Below the pieces are notes generated by a model. It searched no databases. It was given only the letters and a program-made list of their open reading frames with translations, and was not told the origin of the DNA. A stretch of 61,725 nucleotides of DNA, counting the filler. It is 6 parts of 6 records of this genome, joined end to end, with 100 filler letters (N's around TTAATTAATTAA, not from the genome) between each part and the next. Parts side by side here need not be neighbours in the genome. Positions count along the whole stretch, not along the records: positions 38,808 to 47,581 come from DRR723986_8351; positions 47,682 to 53,879 come from DRR723986_8352; 4 more parts are not named here. The stretch is one strand, 5' to 3'. A program made the position numbers and the translations under genes. Each line of letters opens with the position of its first letter. The stretch's first letter is position 1. Below are positions 39,744-49,535 of the stretch, piece after piece.

Positions 39744-40664
39744 ATGAACACCCAAGTTTTTGGCCACAAATCCCCTGACACCGATTCCACCGGCTCCCCC
39801 ATCGTCTGGGCCTGGTATCTGAACGAAGTGAAAGGTGTTCCAGCAACGCCCGTTCTGTTGGGCGAGCCTAACACCGAAGCCGCGTTCATGCTGGAACGTT
39901 GGAACTTGGAAAAACCGGCGATCATCACGGAAATCGCCGACGGTCAGCCTTGTGTCATCGTCGATACCAACAACCCTGCTGAACTGCCTGACAACATCAA
40001 CGGGGCTGATATTCAGGCCATTATCGACCACCACGCACTGGTGGGCGGGCTGAAAACCAAGGGCCCCATCCACATCACCATCCGTCAACTGGCCTGCACC
40101 GCCACCATCATGATTGATCTGATGGGCGATGATGCAGCGAAAATGCCCGATGCAATCAAGGGCGCGGCCCTGACCTGCATCCTGTCCGACACGTTGGAGT
40201 TCCGCTCGCCGACCACTACGGACCATGACCGCGCCGTTGCCGAAAAGCTGGCCGCCGATCTGGGAATCGACATCGCAGCCTATGCGGCTGACATGTTCGC
40301 CGCGAAATCCGACGTATCCTCGTTCAGCGATGCAGAGCTGTTGCGGATGGATTCCAAGGAATACGCCGTAGATGATACCAAATTCCGTGTGTCCGTTCTG
40401 GAAACCACAGCGCCGGGCGTTGTGCTGGATCGCAAGGCATCCTTGATCGACACCATGACTTCGGTTGCGAGCGAAGACAGCGTTGATCAGGTTCTACTGT
40501 TCGTCGTCGACATCCTGAACGAAGAAGCGACCCTGCTGGTACCCAACGATCTGGTCAAAGGCGTTGCTGAAAAAAGCTTTGGCGCTTCGGTCAACGGGGA
40601 CGCGGTTGTCTTGCCTGGCATCATGAGCCGCAAAAAGCAGATCATTCCGAACCTCAAAGTCTGA
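39744..40664 (+). CDS. ppaC: Manganese-dependent inorganic pyrophosphatase (DHH family)
   Basis: GHKSPDTD, IDHH, SDTL, DSKEY, MSRKKQIIP motifs. Confidence 0.95.
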   Translation: MNTQVFGHKSPDTDSTGSPIVWAWYLNEVKGVPATPVLLGEPNTEAAFMLERWNLEKPAIITEIADGQPCVIVDTNNPAELPDNINGADIQAIIDHHALVGGLKTKGPIHITIRQLACTATIMIDLMGDDAAKMPDAIKGAALTCILSDTLEFRSPTTTDHDRAVAEKLAADLGIDIAAYAADMFAAKSDVSSFSDAELLRMDSKEYAVDDTKFRVSVLETTAPGVVLDRKASLIDTMTSVASEDSVDQVLLFVVDILNEEATLLVPNDLVKGVAEKSFGASVNGDAVVLPGIMSRKKQIIPNLKV

Positions 40665-40702
40665 TTACGATTGCAAACTTGTTATAGGCAAGCTCTACAC
40701 AA

Positions 40703-40735
40703 GGCGTTCTCCCAGAGGGAGAGCGCCATTTTTTT
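40703..40735 (+). terminator. Rho-independent terminator downstream of ppaC
   Basis: GGCGTTCTCCC-aga-GGGAGAGCGCC followed by ATTTTTTT. Confidence 0.75.
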
Positions 40736-40748
40736 ATTGAGGGATCCC

Positions 40749-41123
40749 ATGAAGACATTTGTATTGCTGTTGGCCGCAGGGCTGACTCTCGGTGCTTGCA
40801 GCGAAACTTGGAACACAACCAATCTGGAACCAACTGCAAAAAAAGCCGAAGTGACACAGACAATGGTCGAAGACGTGACGTTGACCAGCGCGAAGTTTGA
40901 CGCCGAAGGTTGGGAAAAGCTGGCCGACCTCGACGTGACCGTCAACAAGACTACGGCCTTTCACCCAGAGCCCACCACCGATGCGGTCAAGGCAAAGTTG
41001 AAACTCGACGCTGCCAAACTGAATGCCACAAAGGTGTTCGAGGTCGAGGTCTCAGATGTGCAGATCTCTGCTTTAAGCTGGGGCACCCGCAAAGGGACCG
41101 GCATCGCCGCACGCCCAAAATAA
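40749..41123 (+). CDS. Small lipoprotein (possibly RcsF/YbjQ-like fold)
   Basis: GAGG RBS and MKTFVLLLAAGLTLGAC lipobox. Confidence 0.75.
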   Translation: MKTFVLLLAAGLTLGACSETWNTTNLEPTAKKAEVTQTMVEDVTLTSAKFDAEGWEKLADLDVTVNKTTAFHPEPTTDAVKAKLKLDAAKLNATKVFEVEVSDVQISALSWGTRKGTGIAARPK

Positions 41124-41479
41124 GCGCGTTGTTTCCGGCTGCAGCATCAGCAGCGGCCGGTCAACCACCCAGTACATATGGCGGGCAACGCCAATGCGGC
41201 GGTGAAGGTCCCCTCCCGTCTTTGGCAACTACAACGCGGTAGCTGTTTCGCCTCCAGCCATTGCTTTGGATTATGCTGCGTCCAAATGCCTTGAGATTAC
41301 GTATATACACTTGATACACAATGTAGTAACAACCCCTCATTCAGCCCACGCTGAACATTCAATACTCTGACCCAGAAATTTTCAATGGATCGGATCAGTC
41401 CAAGCCTTTGTTGTCGTTCGACATTCGGAAACATCAAAAGCTTAGAGAATAGTCAAAGCACTGAAAAAGGGGACCTATC

Positions 41480-41599
41480 ATGGCCAAAGATAAGAAGCTG
41501 AAAGACCTGAAAAAAGAAGTCAAACTGCGCGAAGGCAAAGTAGAGCGCCAGCAAGACAAGCTGAAGAAAGCAAAGAAAGCCCTGAAAAAGGCGAGCTGA
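41480..41599 (+). CDS. Small Lys-rich basic protein (39 aa, not in the ORF track)
   Basis: AAGGGG RBS. MAKDKKLKDLKKEVKLREGKVERQQDKLKKAKKALKKAS, 15 of 39 residues Lys. Confidence 0.65.
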   Translation: MAKDKKLKDLKKEVKLREGKVERQQDKLKKAKKALKKAS

Positions 41600-41699
41600 T
41601 TTTCGGCAATCGGGGAGCCCGCTTAATGCATGGTGTGACGTCGAAAGGCCAAACACAGAGAAGTTGCTGAGCGGGATACCCCAACCCAATGGCTAAAAT

Positions 41700-41738
41700 A
41701 CCGCCCCGTTCATTCGTACGGGGCGGTTTTTTGTTTTT
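41700..41738 (+). terminator. Rho-independent terminator
   Basis: ACCGCCCCGT-N8-ACGGGGCGGT followed by a T-rich tract. Confidence 0.85.
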
Positions 41739-41857
41739 CAGCTGAAATTTGGAACTACGCGACGCCTATGCGCTTGCCCTATGGCCAAGCATGGTAACTG
41801 TTACAATTTTGGGCCATACACGCAGGCAACAATCACCATTTTGCCCTAAGGCCCGCC

Positions 41858-42733
41858 ATGACCCAGATCGTTACCGCCCTCTCCGAGATCTCTGACCGCT
41901 ATCAGGCCCTGTTTGTTGATCTTTGGGGCTGTGTCCACAATGGGGTCACAGCGTATCCGTCAGCGGTTGCTGCGTTGCAAGAGTATCGCGCCAAGGGCGG
42001 CACGGTAGTGTTGGTCACCAACTCGCCCAAGCCACGCGCTGGTGTGGCCAGTCAGCTCAGCCAATTCAACGTGCCGGACGACGCCTATGACATCATCGCC
42101 ACTTCGGGCGATTCTGCGCGCTCGGCCATGTTCCGGGGGGCCGTTGGCAACAAGGTCTATTTTATGGGCGAATGGCAGCGCGATGCTGGGTTCTTTGAAC
42201 CGCTCAGCCTGTTGGAAAACCCGGTCGAAATCGAACGTGTCGCTTTGCAAGACGCCGAGGGGATCGTGTGCTGTGGCCCCAATGACCCGATGGCTGATCC
42301 AGACGTGAACCGGGCAGATTTCCTGTACGCCAAAACCAAGGGCATAAAATTGCTCTGCGCCAACCCTGACATTGTTGTGGACCGTGGTGAAATACGGGAA
42401 TGGTGCGCCGGTGCCTTGGCAGGCCTTTACACAGAGATGGGCGGCGAGAGCCTGTATTTTGGCAAACCCCACCCGCCGATCTATGATTTGGCCCGCCGTC
42501 GGCTTGCGTCTTTGGGCAAAGATATCCCCGATTCTGAGATTCTCGCGATCGGAGATGGCGTGATTACGGACATTGCAGGGGCCATGGGCGAAGGAATCGA
42601 TTCCCTTTTCATCACCGGAGGGCTGGCTGCATCAGAAACAAAAACTGGCCATCAACCTGACCCAGAAGCGTTAACCACCTATCTGGAAAAGGAAAAATCG
42701 AATCCAACCTATTCGATCGGCCTGTTGCGGTAA
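41858..42733 (+). CDS. HAD-superfamily hydrolase, subfamily IIA (TIGR01459-like)
   Basis: DLWGCVHNG, VTNSP, CANPD, GKPH, IGDGVITDI motifs. Confidence 0.9.
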   Translation: MTQIVTALSEISDRYQALFVDLWGCVHNGVTAYPSAVAALQEYRAKGGTVVLVTNSPKPRAGVASQLSQFNVPDDAYDIIATSGDSARSAMFRGAVGNKVYFMGEWQRDAGFFEPLSLLENPVEIERVALQDAEGIVCCGPNDPMADPDVNRADFLYAKTKGIKLLCANPDIVVDRGEIREWCAGALAGLYTEMGGESLYFGKPHPPIYDLARRRLASLGKDIPDSEILAIGDGVITDIAGAMGEGIDSLFITGGLAASETKTGHQPDPEALTTYLEKEKSNPTYSIGLLR

Positions 42734-42834
42734 GAAAATAGGGGTTGATTTTCTGCACCTGCAAAGTAATAAAGTTGCCTCATACCGGCAGGGTGTGACT
42801 GATAATTACCCAGCCAGACAGAAAAGAGGACACT

Positions 42835-43278
42835 ATGTTGGACAATCTGCCCCGCGGAACGATCTGCATTGAAGACATCGAAATGGGCATGACCCGGTAT
42901 CTGCGTAAAGTGGTGACCGACGAAGACATCGAGATGTTTGCTCAGGTGTCCACGGACCGCAATCCGGTGCATCTGGACGATGAATATGCACGCGACACCA
43001 TCTTTCAGGGCCGTATTGCCCACGGGATGCTGACTGCGGGGCTGATCTCGGCCGTGATTGGGGAACAACTGCCGGGCCATGGCACCGTATACATGGGCCA
43101 GTCGCTAAAGTTCCTAGCACCCGTTCGCCCCGGCGACATGGTCTATGCCGAGGTCAAAGTCGTTGACATCGAAGTCGGCAAACGCCGCGTGAAACTGGAT
43201 TGCCACTGCTCTGTTGATGGGAAAAAGGTCCTGATTGGCGAAGCGATGGTTCTTGCCCCCTCGCGTAAGTTCGACTGA
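42835..43278 (+). CDS. MaoC-family (R)-specific enoyl-CoA hydratase
   Basis: STDRNPVH and IAHGML, FLAPVRPGD motifs. Confidence 0.9.
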   Translation: MLDNLPRGTICIEDIEMGMTRYLRKVVTDEDIEMFAQVSTDRNPVHLDDEYARDTIFQGRIAHGMLTAGLISAVIGEQLPGHGTVYMGQSLKFLAPVRPGDMVYAEVKVVDIEVGKRRVKLDCHCSVDGKKVLIGEAMVLAPSRKFD

Positions 43279-43326
43279 CCCAACGCAGTGCTTGCACGTC
43301 CCGCCTGAGAACGCTAGGCAACGCCC

Positions 43327-44259
43327 ATGCGCATCATCCGGGACTATCAGTTTGTTGAACCTCAAGATCGCGGTGCTTGCGCCGCGATTGGCAATTTTGA
43401 CGGCGTCCATCTGGGCCATCAATCGGTGATCGCGCTTGCCCGGCAAGCCGCCCCAGACGCGCCTTTGGGTGTTCTGACGTTTGAGCCCCACCCCCGAGAA
43501 TTTTTTGCCCCTGCGGCCCCGTCTTTTCGCCTGATGCGCGGCCCTGCCCGCGCGCACCGGCTTGAGAAATTGGGAATCGAAAAGCTGTACGAGTTGAATT
43601 TCAACGCAACGTTGGCCAACCTCAGCCCGCGCGAATTTGCGCAGAACGTCATTGCTGACGGGTTGGGTCTGACGCACGTTATCGTGGGTGCTGATTTCTG
43701 TTTTGGTCAGGGCCGCACAGGGAACGCCACTGATCTGGCCAATTTTGGTCAGGAAATGGGCTTTGGCGTCACCATCGCCCCGCTTTTGGAGCAATCGGAG
43801 GATATCGTGTCATCCACAGCCATTCGTAAGGCCCTGGCCGAGGGACGCCCACGGGATGCCGCGCGCATGTTGGGCCACTGGCATCGCATCGAAAGCGAAG
43901 TGATTGGCGGTGAACAACGCGGTCGTGAGCTGGGATTTCCCACCGCAAACATGTCTATCGACGGCCTGCACCAACCTGCGTTTGGTGTTTATGCCGTTTT
44001 GGTTGACGTTCTCGATGGGCCTCATCAGGGCAGCTATCACGGTGCCGCGTCCATGGGCGTGCGCCCGATGTTTGGCGAAAACCGTCCCAATCTGGAAACC
44101 TTTTTGTTCGACTTTTCTGGCGACCTTTATGGGGCGACTTTGTCTATTGGCCTCGTGGACTATCTGCGCCCTGAACAAAAGTTTGATGGGCTTGAGGCAC
44201 TCATTTCTCAGATGGATAGCGATTGCGCCCGTGCCCGTGAAATTCTAGGCGCGTTATGA
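43327..44259 (+). CDS. ribF: Bifunctional riboflavin kinase/FAD synthetase
   Basis: IGNFDGVHLGH, TFEPHP, SSTAIR, GRELGFPTAN motifs. Confidence 0.96.
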   Translation: MRIIRDYQFVEPQDRGACAAIGNFDGVHLGHQSVIALARQAAPDAPLGVLTFEPHPREFFAPAAPSFRLMRGPARAHRLEKLGIEKLYELNFNATLANLSPREFAQNVIADGLGLTHVIVGADFCFGQGRTGNATDLANFGQEMGFGVTIAPLLEQSEDIVSSTAIRKALAEGRPRDAARMLGHWHRIESEVIGGEQRGRELGFPTANMSIDGLHQPAFGVYAVLVDVLDGPHQGSYHGAASMGVRPMFGENRPNLETFLFDFSGDLYGATLSIGLVDYLRPEQKFDGLEALISQMDSDCARAREILGAL

Positions 44260-44726
44260 CCGATCCAATCGACCGCGATGGTCTTAAAAAACGTTTCTGG
44301 GAAAAGAAGCCCCTCAAGGACCTGTCCCAAAAGGAATGGGAAGCCCTGTGTGATGGCTGTGGGAAATGCTGTCTGAACAAATTGGAGGATGAGGACACAG
44401 GCGAGGTCGCATTGACCCGTGTTGCCTGCCGTCTTTTGGATGATTCCAGCTGTCATTGTGCGCAATACCCGATCCGACATCAGTTCGTTCCCGAATGCAT
44501 CGTTCTAAAGCCCGACAATCTGGATACCCATGCGTATTGGATGCCGCAAACCTGTGCCTATCGGCTGCTTTGGAAGGGAAAACCCCTTTACGATTGGCAT
44601 CCGTTGATATCAGGTGACCCAGACAGCGTGCACAAGGCCGGAATTTCAGTCCAAGGCTGGACCGTTTCGGAATTTGAAACGCCTGAGGAAGAGTGGGAAG
44701 ACCACATAATCGAGGAACCAATCTGA
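44256..44726 (+). CDS. YcgN-family cysteine cluster protein
   Basis: EWEALCDGCGKCC, CAYR, WHPLISG motifs. Confidence 0.92.
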   Translation: MTDPIDRDGLKKRFWEKKPLKDLSQKEWEALCDGCGKCCLNKLEDEDTGEVALTRVACRLLDDSSCHCAQYPIRHQFVPECIVLKPDNLDTHAYWMPQTCAYRLLWKGKPLYDWHPLISGDPDSVHKAGISVQGWTVSEFETPEEEWEDHIIEEPI

Positions 44727-45763
44727 TGTATTTTGCCTCTGACAATTCAGGACCCGTCCACCCACAGGTACTGGAGGCATTGGCAGAGGCAAACCAAGGC
44801 TACCAGATGGCCTATGGCGCTGATGCTTTGATGAATGATGTGCGGGATAAGATCCGCGCCCTGTTCGAAGCCCCCGGAGCGGCGGTCTATCTGGTTGCAA
44901 CGGGCACTGCTGCAAATTCGCTGGCACTCGCCACTTTGTCAGAACCTTGGCAGACTATATTTTGCTCGCCTGTCGCGCATATCCACGAAGACGAATGCAA
45001 CGCGCCCGAGTTCTACAGCGGGGCCAAGCTGACCTTGGTGCCCGGTGGTGACAAGATGACGCCAGCTGCGCTGCGCCAGTCCATCGCGGGCGAAGAAACC
45101 CGTGGCGTCCATGGCCCGCAACGTGGACCGGTTTCGATCACACAGGTCACAGAACGCGGCACAATTTATTCGCTGGATGAGCTACAGGCCCTGTGCAAGG
45201 TCGCCAAAGATTTTGACCTGCCTGTCCATCTGGATGGTGCGCGGTTTACGAACGCAATGGTCGCGCTGGGATATACGCCCGCAGAAATGACGTGGAAAGC
45301 GGGTGTAGATGCGGTCAGTTTTGGCGGTACCAAGAACGGGTTGATGGGTGTCGAAGCGGTCATCTTCTTTGATGAAACACGGGCCTGGGAATTTGAGCTG
45401 CGGCGCAAGCGCGGCGCGCATTTGTTCTCAAAACATCGGTACCTGTCCGCACAAATGGATGCGTATCTGCGCGATGATTTGTGGCTGACCAGTGCGCGTC
45501 AGGCCAACGCCAACTGTGCGCGGTTGGCAGAGGGGTTGCGCGCGGCAGGTGCATCATTCCTGCATGCCCCTGAGGCCAACATGATCTTTGCCAGCTTTCC
45601 ACGCGCCCAGCACAAAGAGCTGCATGCGGCGGGGGCGATGTATCACCTCTGGGGTGCAAACCTAGAAGGTGATGACCCAGAAGAGATGTTGGCCTGCCGA
45701 TTGGTCTGCGACTGGTCGATCACCGACGCGCAGATTGACCAGTTTCTGTCTTTTCTGAGCTAG
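44726..45763 (+). CDS. ltaE: Low-specificity L-threonine aldolase
   Basis: FASDN, TGTAAN, HLDGARF, GGTKNG PLP lysine motif. Confidence 0.9.
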   Translation: MYFASDNSGPVHPQVLEALAEANQGYQMAYGADALMNDVRDKIRALFEAPGAAVYLVATGTAANSLALATLSEPWQTIFCSPVAHIHEDECNAPEFYSGAKLTLVPGGDKMTPAALRQSIAGEETRGVHGPQRGPVSITQVTERGTIYSLDELQALCKVAKDFDLPVHLDGARFTNAMVALGYTPAEMTWKAGVDAVSFGGTKNGLMGVEAVIFFDETRAWEFELRRKRGAHLFSKHRYLSAQMDAYLRDDLWLTSARQANANCARLAEGLRAAGASFLHAPEANMIFASFPRAQHKELHAAGAMYHLWGANLEGDDPEEMLACRLVCDWSITDAQIDQFLSFLS

Positions 45764-45818
45764 GGTTATTGGCAAATGGTGTCCGGCCACAGAATATCTG
45801 TTCCGGACGCCATCCCGT

Positions 45819-46631
45819 TTAGAGGGTAGACCAAAAATCCATCAGCAAAGACGCTGTTGTGCCCGGATGAGAGATGGGGAGCATGTGCCCTGCCCCCGTC
45901 ACGGCCTGTGACTGTGCGTTGGAAAGGCGTTGCGCCAGCCCTTCGTTTATCACGGTGATGACTGGCTGTGTTTCCGTCCCACGCAGCAGCAAACAGGGCA
46001 TGTTCGCCCGATCCAGCACACCCGACTTGAGCAACCCCGCTTGATCATCAAACAAGCTCGCATCGCAGGCTGGAACCACATGGATGCTGCGTGTCATTGC
46101 TGCGCGCGTGGCCTCTGGCATATCTGGCCAGCGTGGGCTTCCTGAGGAACTCCACATACGGTTAAACAGGCGCGCGCCCAAAGCGTGATCCCCCGCCGAA
46201 ATTGCATCGGCATATGGCTTGGCATCTTCGCGAAGCTGAGCCACTAGCGCTGGTTTCTCTTGTCCAGCAACAGCGAAAAACACCGGCTCGATCAGAGTGA
46301 GGCTCCGAACCCGTTCAGGGTATTCAACAGCCAGCCGTAAGGCCACTGTTGCCCCAAAAGAATGCCCAATCAGGTCCATAGGCTGTTGAAGCAGCGTAGC
46401 CGCCGCTTCAACGTTTCTGTCTTGATAGCCCCCCTGCCCGTCCCAATCCGGGCTTTGCCCATGAGACAGCATATCAAAGGCGGTGAAAGTGGCCTCTTTG
46501 TCCAAACGCCCTGCCACGCCCTTCCATGCGCCGGAATGGGCGATGGTACAGTGGATCGCCAGAACTTGGCGCGGTCCGTTCCCGAGTTGGCGAACGTGAA
46601 CCGGTTGAGGCAAAGAGGCCAAATCCTTCAT
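45819..46631 (-). CDS. Alpha/beta fold hydrolase
   Basis: GHSFG nucleophile elbow and GAGHML. Confidence 0.88.
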   Translation of the reverse strand: MKDLASLPQPVHVRQLGNGPRQVLAIHCTIAHSGAWKGVAGRLDKEATFTAFDMLSHGQSPDWDGQGGYQDRNVEAAATLLQQPMDLIGHSFGATVALRLAVEYPERVRSLTLIEPVFFAVAGQEKPALVAQLREDAKPYADAISAGDHALGARLFNRMWSSSGSPRWPDMPEATRAAMTRSIHVVPACDASLFDDQAGLLKSGVLDRANMPCLLLRGTETQPVITVINEGLAQRLSNAQSQAVTGAGHMLPISHPGTTASLLMDFWSTL

Positions 46632-47230
46632 GCTTTCAACGTCTCCAGATGCTTGTCCAGATCAGCCAGCCTGTCTTGCCCCCAGAACCGTTGCCCATCT
46701 TCGGTGACATAAAACGGCGCCCCAAAGACACCATTTTCAACGGCGGCCTCCAGATTGACAGCGTAGGTATCAGCCCCAACAAGCAGACCACTATCGGCCA
46801 AGGCAGGATCAAAACCAGCGCCCTGTAAACATTCGCGCACGACCTCATCCTCGGCGATATCTTTTTCTTCAGCCCAGCAGGCGCGCAGGATCAGGCGGCA
46901 CAGTTTGCCAACATCCCCGCCCCCGGCTTTGGAAGCCGCAATGATCGCATACGAAGACGGGGCCGCATTGGTGGGCCAATGTGCTGGTTTCAGGTTGAAA
47001 TCCATGTCCAGATTTGCCGAACGTCGCAGCAAATCCTGGGCGCGATATTCAATCCGCGACGGATGCCGGTCCTTGGGTGAAATGCCTCCGGTCCGACCAA
47101 ACAGCGACAGGATGTCCATGGGTTTGTAGTTGATCGTTGCCCCATGTTTGGCAGCAATTTCTTCCAACCCGTCACCGGCTAGATAGGCATAGGGCGACAG
47201 TGTCGCAAAATAGTAGTCAATTTGGGCCAT
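46628..47230 (-). CDS. 2-hydroxychromene-2-carboxylate isomerase / DsbA-like (GST kappa) protein
   Basis: SPYAYL, GVFGAPF, FWGQDRL motifs. Confidence 0.9.
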   Translation of the reverse strand: MAQIDYYFATLSPYAYLAGDGLEEIAAKHGATINYKPMDILSLFGRTGGISPKDRHPSRIEYRAQDLLRRSANLDMDFNLKPAHWPTNAAPSSYAIIAASKAGGGDVGKLCRLILRACWAEEKDIAEDEVVRECLQGAGFDPALADSGLLVGADTYAVNLEAAVENGVFGAPFYVTEDGQRFWGQDRLADLDKHLETLKA

Positions 47231-47338
47231 GTTCATTTTCTCCGCAGCGTTACCTATGCGCGAAGCTAAGCCCATGCTAAGCGGTGTCAACATCACGAAT
47301 CTGTCACATAGCCTTTGCTGCCTGGGGATATTCAGCTC

Positions 47339-47581
47339 ATGCCGACACTCAACGAACCCAAACTCATCTCTGGGAACGCCAACCTTCCTTTAGCCGAATC
47401 CATTGCACGCCGCATGAGCCTGTACCGAGGTGTCGACCAAGGTCTGGTTGATGCCCGTGTAGAGCGTTTCAACGACGGTGAAATCTTTGTCGAAGTTTTC
47501 GAAAACGTGCGCGGTGAGGACATGTTCGTCATCCAGCCGACATCGAACCCAGCCAATGACAACCTGATGGAACTGCTGATC
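47339..47581 (+). CDS. prs: Ribose-phosphate pyrophosphokinase (3'-truncated)
   Basis: [31 protein letters not shown] motifs. Confidence 0.95.
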
Positions 47582-47681
47582 NNNNNNNNNNNNNNNNNNN
47601 NNNNNNNNNNNNNNNNNNNNNNNNNTTAATTAATTAANNNNNNNNNNNNNNNNNNNNNNNNNNNNNNNNNNNNNNNNNNNN
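47582..47681. other. Artificial contig spacer
   Basis: 44 N + TTAATTAATTAA + 44 N. Confidence 0.99.
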
Positions 47682-48818
47682 GTAGAAGCTGTCCTGCGGG
47701 CCGGGGCTCGCTTCAGGGTGATGCTGGACCGAGATGATCGGGCGATCCTTCACGGCGAGACCGGAATTCGTACCGTCGAACAGGGAGCGGTGGCTTTCCT
47801 CCACGCCGGCCGGCAGGCTCGCCGGGTCGACCGTGAAGCCATGGTTCATCGACACGATCTCGACTTTGCCGGTGGAGAGATCCTTTACCGGGTGGTTCGC
47901 GCCATGATGGCCCTGCGCCATTTTCATGGTCTTCGCACCGAGCGCGAGCGCGAGCAGCTGGTGGCCAAGGCAGATGCCAAGAATCGGCAGGCCGCTGTCG
48001 ATGACCGCGCGGATCATGTCTCCGGACCGTTTGATGGTTGCCGCCGGGTCGCCAGGGCCATTGGAGAAGACGACACCATCCGGTTTGTGCGAGGCGATGT
48101 CGTCAAACGAGGCGTCACCGTTCACGACGGTCGCCCGGATGCCGACATTGGCGAGATTGCGCAGAATGTTCTTTTTCACGCCGAAATCGACCACGACGAC
48201 GTGGAAGGCCGGGGCGTCCAGATGTCCGTAGCCGGTTTCAGGATTCCAGAGGCTTTCGGAATTATCGAATTCGGCGTTTGTATCGACATCGGCGGCCAGG
48301 TCGGCGGTTTCCAGGCCTTCCCAGGCGCGGGCGGCCTCGATCAGGGCGTCGAGGTCGATATTTCCGTTCGGCTGATGGCAGATCGCGGCTTTTTGCATGC
48401 CTTTTTCGCGGATCAGGCGGGTGATCGCCCGCGTATCGACGCCCGAAAGGCCGACAATGCCGCGTTTCTCTAGCCATGATTCGAAGGTTTCGGTGGACCG
48501 CCAGTTCGAAGGCGCCGTGATCGGCTCGCGGAAAACGGCCCCCCGGGCCGCGTGCGATCCGGCTTCCGAAGACTCTTCATGGTCCTCGTCGTTAGCTCCG
48601 ACATTGCCGATATGAGGAAATGTGAACAGGACGATCTGGGAGGCATATGAGGGGTCAGTGAGGATCTCCTGATAGCCCGTAATCGCTGTATTAAAACACA
48701 ATTCTCCGGTCCGGATGCCCTCGGCGCCGGTGCCGTGGCCCAGGAACACTGTGCCGTCAGCGAGGGCGATCGCCCCTGTGGCTGAAGTCGCCGCTTGAGT
48801 TTTGGCCAAGTAGGACAT
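47682..48818 (-). CDS. carA: Carbamoyl-phosphate synthase small subunit (3'-truncated)
   Basis: [35 protein letters not shown] motifs. GGAGG RBS. Confidence 0.97.
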
Positions 48819-48978
48819 ATTTGTCACACCTCCCGGGCGCCGCGTAGGGTCTCGTTAACCCATCCGCATGAAGTTCGACCGGTGTATTGGGGCGGAGTCT
48901 CTGCGGCGTCAAGCGAGTGATGCGGCAGGGCTTATGAGAGGCAAACTTGGCATGGGCCGAGAAGACAAGAGTGGATTG

Positions 48979-49449
48979 ATGTCGCTTAAGGCGCGCATTG
49001 GAAATGCCCTCAAATCTGAGACCGAAAAGGGCCAACCCGGCGTACGCCTGGCAACGCTGCGCCTGATCGATTGCGCTGTGCGCGACCGGGACGTGTGTGC
49101 CCGTGGCCGAGGTGATGGCGAAGGATGCCCGGAAGCAGATGTGCGCCGCGTGCTGGAGACCATGGTTGCCCAGCGCGAAGTCGCGGCCCGCGAGCACGAA
49201 GACGCCGGCCGCCTCGAAGAAGCCATCCGCGAGCGCGAGGAAATCGAGATCATCCAGCAATTCCTGCCGGTTCCCCTGCAGGGCAAGGCGCTGGACTCTG
49301 CCGTGGAAGAGGTTGTGACCGACCTTGGTGCCTCCAAGCTCAAGGACCTTGGCCGCTGTATGAGCGCCCTGAAGGAGCGTTATCCTGGCATGATCGAGTC
49401 CGGTGCAGCTGGTAAAGCCGTCCGCAAGGCGCTGTCGCGCGCCAGCTGA
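48979..49449 (+). CDS. GatB/YqeY domain protein
   Basis: LATLRLI, AGRLE, EIEIIQQFLP, KDLGRCM motifs. Lies between carA and dnaG. Start uncertain. Confidence 0.85.
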   Translation: MSLKARIGNALKSETEKGQPGVRLATLRLIDCAVRDRDVCARGRGDGEGCPEADVRRVLETMVAQREVAAREHEDAGRLEEAIREREEIEIIQQFLPVPLQGKALDSAVEEVVTDLGASKLKDLGRCMSALKERYPGMIESGAAGKAVRKALSRAS

Positions 49450-49477
49450 CCCTCTCAGTGAAACCTTCTTAACCTTC

Positions 49478-49502
49478 GGAACGCTCCGGGGGTGATCTCG
49501 TT
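49478..49502 (+). promoter_or_regulatory. EcfG (sigma-T/RpoE2) general-stress promoter
   Basis: GGAAC-N16-CGTT ending 33 nt before ATG 49536. Confidence 0.7.
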
Positions 49503-49535
49503 CTTTCCGGCACGAGCCATGGAAAGGACGATCAC

